Assembly (NCBI GenBank): GCA_045644765.1
Contig: JAZRHM010000013.1
Span: 11,780-75,779, forward strand
Length of the DNA stretch: 64,000 bases
Direction of reading: 5' to 3'
Origin: Alphaproteobacteria bacterium
GTDB lineage: Bacteria; Pseudomonadota; Alphaproteobacteria; RF32; CAG-239
Position numbers and translations under genes: made by a program
The notes under the pieces: generated by a model
The model's database searches: none
Told to the model about the DNA's origin: nothing
Seen by the model: only the letters and a program-made list of their open reading frames with translations
In this document: positions 10,827 through 20,800 of the stretch, in pieces
How the letters are laid out: each line of letters starts with the position of its first letter
Position numbering within the stretch: position 1 is the first letter of the stretch

Positions 10827-11971
10827 TACTTATTTCCCAATACTAAATATTTTAAATTAGCAACAAATTTTTGAAACACTCCAATTTGTTCAACATCATT
10901 TTTTGCCAATAACGGAAAATCCTTTTCTGATCCTTCAGAATCGATTAGTATAAGTTCTCCTATTGTGTCTCCTTTTTTTATCGGAGCTTTAACAGGTTCT
11001 TTATAACGAACTTTCAATTCATATTTATTACGCAAGCTTCTTTTAATCGTTTCTGTTATATCATACGGCACAACCATTTCAACCGTTTTGTTCTGTCCGT
11101 ACCATACATTTGCTGTTGCTACAACATCACCTTTATTTAATATTTTATAATTGTTAAACTCTCTAAAACCATAATTCATCAGCTTTTCCGTTTCTTCGGA
11201 ACGCTCCTTATTACTTGCCATACCACTCATAACACCAATTAAGCGACGACCATTTTTATATGCCGATGCACTAAGACAAAATCCAGCTTCGTCTGTGTGC
11301 CCGGTTTTCAACCCATCGGCAGCATCCATACTATATAACAATGGATTTCTGTTAGATTGTTTGATATTGTTATGTGTAAACTCTTTTTGTGAAAATAAGT
11401 GATAATATTCACCAAAATCTCTAATCAATAATTTTGAAAGAACAGCTAAATCTTCAACCGACATTTTATGATCCGGATGTGGCCATCCTGTTGAATTTGC
11501 AAAATTACTGTTTTTTAATCCTATTTTTTCAGCCGTTTCATTCATCAAAACCGTAAAATCCTCTTCAGAACCGGCAATATTTTCAGCCACAACTATACAA
11601 GCATCATTACCTGACTGAATGATGATACCTTTAAGTAAATCTTCAACAGTTACCTTTTCACCTATTTTTAAAAACATGGTTGAACTGCCACTTGCCGCTC
11701 CTCCTTTACGCCAAGCATTTTCACTGACTGTAAAAACATCATCTAAAGAAAGTAAACCACTTTTTATTTTATCAAAAACGACATAAATTGTCATCAATTT
11801 ACTCATTGAAGCAGGTGCCACTTTAACATCATGATTTTTTGTATATATATACGCACCTGTATCATAATCCATTAATATAGCATTTTTTGCCGCTGTTTCA
11901 AAACAAAAGGCCTCTGTTGATATCAGAGTACTCAAAAATGTATAAGCTAACAATTTAAATTTGTTTTTCAT
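10826..11971 (-). CDS. dacA: D-alanyl-D-alanine carboxypeptidase (PBP5/6-like, S11 family)
   Basis: Signal peptide. Active-site SxxK (PASMSKLMT), SGN motif (IIQSGNDA) and KTG motif (GLKTGHT). Has the C-terminal beta-sandwich domain. Confidence 0.85.
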   Translation of the reverse strand: MKNKFKLLAYTFLSTLISTEAFCFETAAKNAILMDYDTGAYIYTKNHDVKVAPASMSKLMTIYVVFDKIKSGLLSLDDVFTVSENAWRKGGAASGSSTMFLKIGEKVTVEDLLKGIIIQSGNDACIVVAENIAGSEEDFTVLMNETAEKIGLKNSNFANSTGWPHPDHKMSVEDLAVLSKLLIRDFGEYYHLFSQKEFTHNNIKQSNRNPLLYSMDAADGLKTGHTDEAGFCLSASAYKNGRRLIGVMSGMASNKERSEETEKLMNYGFREFNNYKILNKGDVVATANVWYGQNKTVEMVVPYDITETIKRSLRNKYELKVRYKEPVKAPIKKGDTIGELILIDSEGSEKDFPLLAKNDVEQIGVFQKFVANLKYLVLGNK

Positions 11972-11983
11972 AAAAAATCTCCT

Positions 11984-12805
11984 TTAGTTTTTAACTATTC
12001 TTGCATCATAAATACCATAATTTCTAATTTTATTTAACATAACATCTGCATCTTCTTTATATGAAAATGGTCCAATCCTTACTCTATAAAATGTTGCACC
12101 GTTTAAATCAATTTCTTTTACTTCGCTTGTACCAAATTGACAAAGTCTTGAATTTAAATTATCTGCTAAATCTTTTTGTGAAAAAGAACCTGCTTGAACA
12201 TAATAGATTGTATTTGTACTATTTTCTTCAGAGCTCGATTGTTTCATTACAGGTATTTTTGAAACATTAGGAACCTTTTGCCCAAGTAATGCAGCTTTTA
12301 ATGCTTTACTCTCTTCTGCCATGATTTCAACTTTTACTTTTGTTATACCTTTAGTTTGATATCCTAAAAGTTGGGCCCCACGTTTTGAAATATCAATTAT
12401 ACGTTCTTTAGCGTACGGCCCTCTATCATTAACTCTTAATACCAAAGAACGACCATTTTCCAAATTTGTAACCTTAACTATAGATGGCAAAGGCAAGGTT
12501 CTATGTGCAGCTGTCAACGTATTCATATCATAAACTTCGCCATTAGCTGTTTTCTTTGCATGGAAATCTTCTCCATACCAACTAGCCATGCCTACTTCCG
12601 AATATGAATAATCTTCTTTAGGATAATACCATCTTCCCATAATTTTGTACGGATTACCAACTTTATAACTTCCACCATAACTTTTAATAGCAATTGCTTG
12701 AGCTTGTGGTGACAAGCCACTTAATTCCGGCGTACCTTTCGAAGCACAACCACTCAAAAATAAGAGTGCTAATAAAGTTAGTATTTTAATTTGCTTTAAT
12801 TTCAT
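11984..12805 (-). CDS. rlpA: septal ring lytic transglycosylase RlpA-family lipoprotein with a C-terminal SPOR domain
   Basis: Lipobox LFLSGC. DPBB/RlpA core (GMASWYGEDFHAKKTANGEVYDMNTLTAAHRTLPLPSIVKVTNLENGRSLVLRVNDRGPY). C-terminal SPOR-like region (YYVQAGSFSQKDLA…YRVRIGPFSYKEDAD). Confidence 0.85.
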   Translation of the reverse strand: MKLKQIKILTLLALLFLSGCASKGTPELSGLSPQAQAIAIKSYGGSYKVGNPYKIMGRWYYPKEDYSYSEVGMASWYGEDFHAKKTANGEVYDMNTLTAAHRTLPLPSIVKVTNLENGRSLVLRVNDRGPYAKERIIDISKRGAQLLGYQTKGITKVKVEIMAEESKALKAALLGQKVPNVSKIPVMKQSSSEENSTNTIYYVQAGSFSQKDLADNLNSRLCQFGTSEVKEIDLNGATFYRVRIGPFSYKEDADVMLNKIRNYGIYDARIVKN

Positions 12806-12872
12806 TTATTTTACCGATTTATCCTTAACTTACTTTTTTCACATTCATAAAACTTTTTAAAGCTTATTTTTT

Positions 12873-14144
12873 TCATTTTACACATTTCATAGGTTGAACC
12901 GGAACCATAAACCCTATTTTGGGATTATATCTATCAATTTTCAGCAACAATTGATAATCAGGGTACCCATCTTGTTGTATTTTTGCTTTTTTTTGTAAAA
13001 TTTTTACAGCATCTCTGGTTTTAGGCCCTAAAATTCCATCTTCTTTTAGCTTTGTACGTAATAATCTGTTTGCAAACTTTTGCACTTTTTTTACTTCTTG
13101 ATTTGTTAATGCATATTGTCTCTCAGAACTAAGAGGAATATATTTCTCCGTATTTTTAACATAATCAGCAAGCTTAGCGACTGCTAATGCATAGTTTTCA
13201 GAGCGATTCCAAATCATAATCCGCTTAAAATTTGAAAAAACAATATAAGCCTCACCTTTTTTACCATCCGGAATAATAACCGAAGCCTTTAATTCAGAAT
13301 CAAGACCAAACTTTTTACCATTAGTTTTTCTAATTCCGATTTTTTCCCAATCTGCAAGAGTTTTCACATTTTTATATCCTGTTTGAGTATAATCAAAATT
13401 CCAAGGTAAACTCACTTTCATTCCCCATGGCTCATCTTTCTTCCAACCTAAAGAACTAAGATAATTTGCTGCAGATGCAATCGCATCATCAAAAGAATCC
13501 CAAATATCAATTACACCATCATTATCATAATCTATCGCATATGCATTATATGTCGATGGCATAAACTGAAAATGTCCCATAGCCCCTGCCCAAGATCCCA
13601 TCATCTTATCATTTTCCAGTTCAAATTTTTCCATAATTTTCAAGACATTATAAAGTTCATTCTTAAAAAACTTAGAACGACGATTTTTATAACTTAAGTT
13701 TGTTAAACCATCAATTAAGTGGTATTTACCCTTATTTTGCCCAAAATTAGTTTCAATTGCCCAAAAAGCGGTCAAATAATTAAGGGGCACGCCATACTGT
13801 TCTTCTATTTTTTGATATTTTTTTTGTAATTTTTTATAATGTTTACGAGCTATTTTAACTCTTTTTTCATTTACTAACTTATTTACATAATCTCTTGAAG
13901 TTAAAATAAACTCTGTCTGTTCTTTATCTTTTTGAACAACTTCCGGTTTTTGATGATAATATGTCTGATCTTTATATGCTTTTTGAATGGTCTTCTCATT
14001 TATTCCTTTTGAAATCATTTCTTTTTTTAAGATATCTAGCCACGACAACCATTCCTTCGGTGCTTTTTCATAAGCTTTTACACTGTTTGGAAAAAACAAA
14101 AACAGAGCTATTGTTATGATCGCTATTTTTCGATATAAAGCCAT
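12873..14144 (-). CDS. lytic murein transglycosylase (MltB/SLT-2 family) with a C-terminal peptidoglycan-binding domain
   Basis: Signal peptide. The MltB-type catalytic region matches (…AIETNFGQNKGKY…MGHFQFMPSTY…). The C-terminal PG_binding_1-like region matches (LKEDGILGPKTRDAVKILQK). Confidence 0.8.
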   Translation of the reverse strand: MALYRKIAIITIALFLFFPNSVKAYEKAPKEWLSWLDILKKEMISKGINEKTIQKAYKDQTYYHQKPEVVQKDKEQTEFILTSRDYVNKLVNEKRVKIARKHYKKLQKKYQKIEEQYGVPLNYLTAFWAIETNFGQNKGKYHLIDGLTNLSYKNRRSKFFKNELYNVLKIMEKFELENDKMMGSWAGAMGHFQFMPSTYNAYAIDYDNDGVIDIWDSFDDAIASAANYLSSLGWKKDEPWGMKVSLPWNFDYTQTGYKNVKTLADWEKIGIRKTNGKKFGLDSELKASVIIPDGKKGEAYIVFSNFKRIMIWNRSENYALAVAKLADYVKNTEKYIPLSSERQYALTNQEVKKVQKFANRLLRTKLKEDGILGPKTRDAVKILQKKAKIQQDGYPDYQLLLKIDRYNPKIGFMVPVQPMKCVK

Positions 14145-14299
14145 TTTTTTCTCTTTAAAAGATACACTTAATAGCCGTTATTCTAATCTGTTTTTTTTAT
14201 TTTCGCAACCAAGAGTTTAGTTTATAAAGAATTATTTTTAATATTGACATATTATGCTTTCATACATATACTTCGCTCCACGTTTTAATTATTTATATT

Positions 14300-14872
14300 A
14301 TGCTATTAAAAGATTATTTTTACAGCGATTACCCGAAGAGAAGTAAGGTTTTCGAAACAAATGAGATGGAAGAATTGAGAAATTCAATCAAGAATTTTTT
14401 TGATGAATTTACTTGTGCCGTAGAACATGATTCCAAAACAACTGGTCATAGCTATCAAATCATGTACCTGTTAACTCACAGAAACGAGCTACGTGGACTT
14501 GCTCATTATTTACTTGATTTTCAAGGAACACACGATACCTTCTTTACACAATCAAACTTTGATTTAAGAAGCTTATCTTACATGGTGTTCGCTTACGATT
14601 TATGCTTTGATAAAGCTCATTACCGATTGCTTGATTTATCAGATGTCCCATCCTTTGCTATATTCATACCAGAGGAGGATAATGTAGCTGATTGGATTTT
14701 ATCTCATATCAATAAATATGAGGAAAAAGATCTTATTTGCTTATTTCATAAGTTGGAAAAAATAAAGTCTGACGCCGAAGCAAGTGGTATCGATTTTTCT
14801 GATCTTCCTTCTCAATACATACTTTATAACCACATTAAAAAGCATGTATCATTTTTTAAGTTATATTTCTAA
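14300..14872 (+). CDS. hypothetical protein (orphan, no recognisable motifs)
   Basis: 190-aa ORF between two convergent genes, with its own upstream AT-rich region and followed by a strong rho-independent terminator. Aromatic-rich. No signal peptide. Confidence 0.5.
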   Translation: MLLKDYFYSDYPKRSKVFETNEMEELRNSIKNFFDEFTCAVEHDSKTTGHSYQIMYLLTHRNELRGLAHYLLDFQGTHDTFFTQSNFDLRSLSYMVFAYDLCFDKAHYRLLDLSDVPSFAIFIPEEDNVADWILSHINKYEEKDLICLFHKLEKIKSDAEASGIDFSDLPSQYILYNHIKKHVSFFKLYF

Positions 14873-14892
14873 CTGACAACAATTTTCACAAT

Positions 14893-14928
14893 AAAAAACG
14901 GAGTTTGAATATCAAACTCCGTTTTTTA
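14893..14928. terminator. bidirectional rho-independent terminator between the 14300 ORF (+) and ppdK (-)
   Basis: Perfect hairpin AACGGAGTTTGA-ATAT-TCAAACTCCGTT, flanked by an A-run 5' and TTTTTT 3'. Confidence 0.8.
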
Positions 14929-14943
14929 TTGTTAAGCTACAAA

Positions 14944-17592
14944 TTACTTCTTAGCTTTAACAGCTGCTTGAGCTGCTGCTAAGCGAGCAACCGGAACTCT
15001 GAACGGTGAGCAAGATACATAATCTAAACCACATTCTTGGAAGAATTCGATAGATTTAGGATCACCACCATGTTCACCACAAACACCTAAGTGAATGTCT
15101 GGGTTAACTTTGCGACCTTCAACACAAGCGCGTTTAACAAGTTTACCAACACCGTCAACATCAATAGAAGCAAACGGATCAGCAACATAAACGCCTTTTG
15201 CACGATATTCATCTAAAATTGCGCCAGTGTCGTCACGGCCCATACCCAAAGTTGTTTGAGTTAAGTCGTTTGTACCAAAACCAAAGAATGCAGCAGATTG
15301 AGCAATATCTTCAGCCATCAAAGCAGCGCGAGGCAACTCAATCATGGTACCAACGATATATTCAACTTTCTTGCCTTTTTCAGCAAATACTTTTTCAGCT
15401 GTTGTATCGATAATGTTTTTAACAATATCTAATTCTTTTCTAGAACCTGTTAAAGGAACTTCAATTTCAGGAATAACTTTAACACCTTCTTCTGAGCATT
15501 CAACAGCAGCTTCTAAGATAGCGCGAGCTTGCATTTCTGCAATTTCAGGATATGTAATCGGCAAACGACAACCACGGTGACCTAACATTGGGTTCAATTC
15601 GTGTAAAGATTCAGCTCTTGCTTTAACATCTGCTAAAGTTTTACCCAATTTGTTAGCCAATTCTTGCATTTCAGCATCTGTATGAGGCAAGAATTCGTGC
15701 AACGGTGGGTCAAGCAAACGAACTGTTACCGGTAAACCGTCCATAATTTTGAACAAGTCTTTGAAGTCTTGTTTTTGGTAAGGTAACAAGTTTGCAAGAG
15801 CAGCACGACGACCAGCTTCATCATCAGCCAAAATCATAGCACGCATATCTGCAATACGTTTAGGATCAAAGAACATGTGTTCTGTACGAGCCAAACCGAT
15901 ACCTTCAGCACCAAAATCTAAAGCTTGTTGAGCGTCTTTTGGAGTTTCAGCGTTTGCACGTACTTTCATTGTACGAACTTCATCAACCCAGCCCATTAAT
16001 TTACCAAAGTTACCGGTGTTTGTATCTGCTTGAACAGTCGGAATTGCACCTTCAATAATCTGACCTTTAGCACCATCTAAAGATACCCAATCGCCTTCTT
16101 TGATTGTGTAACCGGATTTTGTTGTCATTGTTTTAGCTTTATAATCAATTGTGATATCTGTAGAACCTGATACGCAAGGAGTACCCATACCACGAGCAAC
16201 AACGGCTGCGTGAGATGTCATACCGCCACGAGCAGTAATTACACCTTGAGAAGCATGCATACCACCGATATCTTCAGGAGATGTTTCGTTACGGATAAGA
16301 ATAACTTTTTCACCTTTATTAGCCCAAGCTTCTGCATCTTCAGCATTAAACACTGCACGACCGACAGCTGCACCCGGAGAAGCCGGTAAACCTGTTGCAA
16401 TTACGTTTCTTTTTGCTTTAGGATCAAGCATTGGGTGTAACAATTGGTCTAATTGGTCAGCACCAACACGCATAATTGCTTCTTCTTTATTAATTAAACC
16501 TTCTTCTTGCATTTCTACAGCCATACGAACTGCTGCTGCAGCTGTTCTTTTACCGTTACGACATTGCAACATCCAGAGTTTACCATGTTCAATAGTAAAT
16601 TCCATATCTTGCATATCTTTATAGTGAGCTTCAAGTTTATTACGTACATCAACCAATTCTTGATATAAGTGAGGCCATTTTTCTTCCAAAGATGTACCAT
16701 CTCCTTTTGAAGCCATAGGTTGCGGAGTTCTGATACCGGCAACAACGTCTTCACCTTGGGCATTGATTAAATATTCACCGTAGTATACGTTTTCACCTGT
16801 TGCAGGGTCACGAGAGAAGCAAACACCTGTTGCACAATCATCACCGGCGTTACCAAACACCATGGTTTGAACGTTAACTGCTGTACCCCAGTCACCAGGA
16901 ATGTTGTTTAATTTACGATATGTAATAGCACGAGCTGCCATCCAAGAACCAAACACAGCGCCGATACCAGCCCAGAGCTGATCCCATGGATCTTGAGGAA
17001 CAACTTTACCTAATTTTTCACCGATTGCTTTATATTCTTTAACAAGTTCTTTTAAATCTTCGGCTGTTAAATCTGTATCAGAAGCATATCCTTTAGATTT
17101 TTTCATATTTTCAAGAGCTTCTTCATACAAATCAATATCAGCACCTAAAACAACATCTGAGAACATTTGCAAGAAACGACGATAAGAATCGTAAGCAAAT
17201 CTTTCGCTGCCTGAAGCTTTAGCTAAAGCTTTAACTGTTTCATCATTCAAACCTAAGTTCAAAACAGTGTCCATCATACCAGGCATAGAAACTCTGGCAC
17301 CTGAACGAACAGAGAACAATAAAGGATTTTCAGAATCTGCAAATTTTTTGCCCATAATATCTTCAACATGTGCAACTGCAGCACGAACTTGATCTTTCAA
17401 ATCTGAAGGATAAGTTTGGTTGTTGTCATAGTAATATGTACAAACTTCTGTTGTTACAGTAAATCCCGGAGGAACAGGCATGCCAACCACATTCATTTCA
17501 GCAAGGTTAGCACCTTTACCACCGAGCAAATTTCTCATGGAAGCATCGCCTTCGGCTTTGCCGTTACCAAATGTATAAACCCATTTACTCAT
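14944..17592 (-). CDS. ppdK: pyruvate, phosphate dikinase
   Basis: 882 aa. PEP-utilising enzyme mobile domain with the catalytic His region (GGMTSHAAVVARGMG). The N-terminal ATP-grasp and C-terminal PEP/pyruvate TIM-barrel regions are conserved throughout. Confidence 0.95.
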   Translation of the reverse strand: MSKWVYTFGNGKAEGDASMRNLLGGKGANLAEMNVVGMPVPPGFTVTTEVCTYYYDNNQTYPSDLKDQVRAAVAHVEDIMGKKFADSENPLLFSVRSGARVSMPGMMDTVLNLGLNDETVKALAKASGSERFAYDSYRRFLQMFSDVVLGADIDLYEEALENMKKSKGYASDTDLTAEDLKELVKEYKAIGEKLGKVVPQDPWDQLWAGIGAVFGSWMAARAITYRKLNNIPGDWGTAVNVQTMVFGNAGDDCATGVCFSRDPATGENVYYGEYLINAQGEDVVAGIRTPQPMASKGDGTSLEEKWPHLYQELVDVRNKLEAHYKDMQDMEFTIEHGKLWMLQCRNGKRTAAAAVRMAVEMQEEGLINKEEAIMRVGADQLDQLLHPMLDPKAKRNVIATGLPASPGAAVGRAVFNAEDAEAWANKGEKVILIRNETSPEDIGGMHASQGVITARGGMTSHAAVVARGMGTPCVSGSTDITIDYKAKTMTTKSGYTIKEGDWVSLDGAKGQIIEGAIPTVQADTNTGNFGKLMGWVDEVRTMKVRANAETPKDAQQALDFGAEGIGLARTEHMFFDPKRIADMRAMILADDEAGRRAALANLLPYQKQDFKDLFKIMDGLPVTVRLLDPPLHEFLPHTDAEMQELANKLGKTLADVKARAESLHELNPMLGHRGCRLPITYPEIAEMQARAILEAAVECSEEGVKVIPEIEVPLTGSRKELDIVKNIIDTTAEKVFAEKGKKVEYIVGTMIELPRAALMAEDIAQSAAFFGFGTNDLTQTTLGMGRDDTGAILDEYRAKGVYVADPFASIDVDGVGKLVKRACVEGRKVNPDIHLGVCGEHGGDPKSIEFFQECGLDYVSCSPFRVPVARLAAAQAAVKAKK

Positions 17593-17776
17593 GGTTATAA
17601 AAGCTCCTTTCGCAGCTATCTTAAGTTAAACACACAGCCGCACCAAAACAAAAAAGTTTTAACACGACCAAAATTAAAAAAATCAATTCGGCTCAAATTT
17701 ATACTACTAATTTCGATTATTCAAGCAAAAAATTCAAGATATAATATAAATACTTTATAATATTTCACTTGCCATT

Positions 17777-17805
17777 TTGACAAAACCGTGATAACTTGCA
17801 AATAT
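17777..17805 (+). promoter_or_regulatory. candidate sigma70-type promoter for the 2040-aa ORF
   Basis: Consensus -35 TTGACA (17777-17782), a 17-nt spacer, then the weak -10 AAATAT. A GGGGA Shine-Dalgarno lies 8 nt before the ATG at 17829, which favours 17829 as the true start over 17796. Confidence 0.3.
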
Positions 17806-20800
17806 ATGCAAAATATGGGGATAAAATTATGGATGTAAGCAAACTAAAAGAAAAAATTCCGGCAAAACTTTTTGAAGAGTATAAGATTTTAAGTGGCTCA
17901 TCTGAAGAAGAGCAACAACGACAAGATTATTTGCAAAATATTTGCCAACGCTTAATTGGTGAGGATCTGGACTTTGAACGATATCCCGTCTTGTTTTGTA
18001 TAGTTGATGATAAAAACCCCAATGCAGCTTTTGTCCCCGGTAAAACCCCAAAAATTCTTGATACGGAAAACGTGTTTTACACAGATGAAGAAATTGAAGA
18101 GGCTTCTAAAGAACAATATCCTATCGTTTTTATTACCAAAGGTTTGCTTGAAATATTGGAAAATGAAGACCAATTGGCATATATCTTGGGTCACGAGTTG
18201 GGGCATTTGCGTCAAGATTTTTTACTTGATGATAAACATAAAAACTCCAAAATGGAAGAAATCACTTCAGACTTTGGCTCTCTTGATATGATGGCAAAAG
18301 CCGGATATAACATTAATGAAGCAAGAAAAATTGCAGCTGAGATATTTCACGGCAATGACAATTGTTACTCGTTAAAACAAATTATATCAAGATCCTTAGA
18401 CGAGCACCCGAATGATGAAAGCCGTCTTAACGCCATTGATATCAAAATCAAGACCATTGAAGACAATTATCAAAAAGAAAATATAGATATAAACGAGATT
18501 CAAATATCTGACATTCCTGAAAACATAAAGGAAGATTGTAAACGTAACAGATATGTTTCTTTGTTTGAAAAAGAGTTGAAAGAGCTCGGATATTATGAAG
18601 CTCCTTTACCTCAAAAACAAGAAATATTATTGTCATATATGCATGATATATCCGAAAGAAGAGCAGAATTATGGGAATACTACTCATGGAATTCTCATTA
18701 TGGTTTGCCAAACTGTTATGCAGAAGCTTTAAACACTATAGTATTCGACCATATTACCCAATTAAGACAAGAAATGCCTAGACGGGTTATAAAACAAAGT
18801 GATGCCGATTATTTTAAGGGTTGGCTCAATAATGACCAAAGAAAAGAAAGTTTAGATAAATGGATTGAGCTTGTCGGAAAAGAATATTCTTTATCTTACG
18901 GCTTAACAGAATTACAAATTCCTTATGACCAAACTGAAAGACAAAGCATTTTAGAATCTTTTCCGTTTAAAATTGTTCCTGATGATGAATATGAACATCA
19001 TGTAGCAATTGAGGAAACTAAAAGACAAGAACAACGTCAAAATATAGATAACGGCACAGATTTAAGCTTACAGTTTTGGGACAGAATTCTTACAATGTCT
19101 GTGTATGACTACAACCATTACGCAGCTCTTGCCGTAAATCCTTTGCAACAAATTGATCTATCAAAAACAAGTTTTGGAAAATCATATCTGGCAACAATTG
19201 AAAGAATATTAAACGAATATTCATATTTCAGCGAGAGTAAAATGCAAATTATGGATCGTAACTATTGTTGTACGAACATTGAAGAAAACCTTGATAAAAG
19301 TGTCAGATTGAAATTCACAACTCCTATGATACAATTTTTTTATCGTTTCAATCCTAAAACTTTTCCTTCACTTAATTTAGAAATGACGGAAAATCCGACC
19401 AGAAAGAAAATTCCGCCTCATACCTTTAATCATGCTATTATTTCATCTAAGTTTGGTATAGCTTCTGAACGTATTATGGATGGTGTATATTTTATTACAT
19501 ATAACGCAGATTACCAAAATCCTTGTGCTTTAAGTTCGGAAAAAGATTATTGGATGTATTGTGTTGATGCAGAAGGTAATATTCTATCTTCTTTTTCCCC
19601 GGAAAAACGTGAAGAAAAAGAACAAGAAATTATTGAGCAAAAAAGAGTAGAATTCTATAAACAAGTTGCAGATGTTGTAAAAGAAGATTATGCAACATTG
19701 CAAAAATTGAAACAAGATCCCTCATCGGTTAATCTATCTTCAAGAGATTTACTCAGATTGAAAGAATATACAGGAAGTATTAATTACGAAATAAACAGAT
19801 CTGATGCAAATTGGCGCTTAATGGTCTACAATGCAAAACTTACATCAAACAGCCCTGATATAACCTATCGCACCCAAATGCTTAAAGATGTTATAAATGA
19901 GCAATACACTACGTTAGCAGATGAGAGCCCTCTTGCCGGAAAACATAAAGAATTTGATCTAGATTTAATTTTACAACATCTTACCGAAGATGAACGACGG
20001 TTCGCATCAACAGAATATGTTGCGGAAAATGATGATGCAGTGTTTAATGCCTTATATAAAGATGCCGACAAATCATACTCAATTAGAATGGATAGTTTTC
20101 GTCCGGGAGAATATGCAGAATATCAACCTAATAATTATGTTCTAACATCTAATTTATCTCCCTTCTTCACTCATGAACAGTTAATAAAATATCATAAAAG
20201 ATTTTTTGAGTTTGCTAATCCGGAAACTCTTAAATCAGATCAGCGTTCTGTTTCCAATGCGATAAACATTGAGTTAAAGCATATCTTTGCATACATAGAG
20301 CAACAGATTCACGATAATCCGGAAATTGCATATAAAGATATTGATTTTTCTCAATATCAGCCGTTACTTGCCGAAGAAATGTCTAAGAAACTCGATATTC
20401 CGACCGATTTATCAAATTATAAAAGAAGCGATGAGCAGAGATTAGCTACTCCTTTATTTTTATCTTATGTTTTAACTACTCACATATTACAAAGCAAAAC
20501 AAATAAATTGCCTTTAGGAGAAGTTTTTAAATATAGTGACACCTCTTTATATTTTCGTAACGTTGTAAAAGAAAAATTTGTTCCGTTTTTATTAAACAGA
20601 GAAAATTATCCTGAGGACACTTTCGAAGCAATTAAAACATTTAATAATATTCCGTCTTCTGTTATTGATATGGAAAAAGTCGGTCCGGTTATTATTGATA
20701 TAATACACTCGGAAAAAGATCCTAAAAAAGCTCTTAAAGCAACATTATTGTTCTTAAGAAACTTAAAATATGACAATTCTGATAAATCAACAGATTTTAA

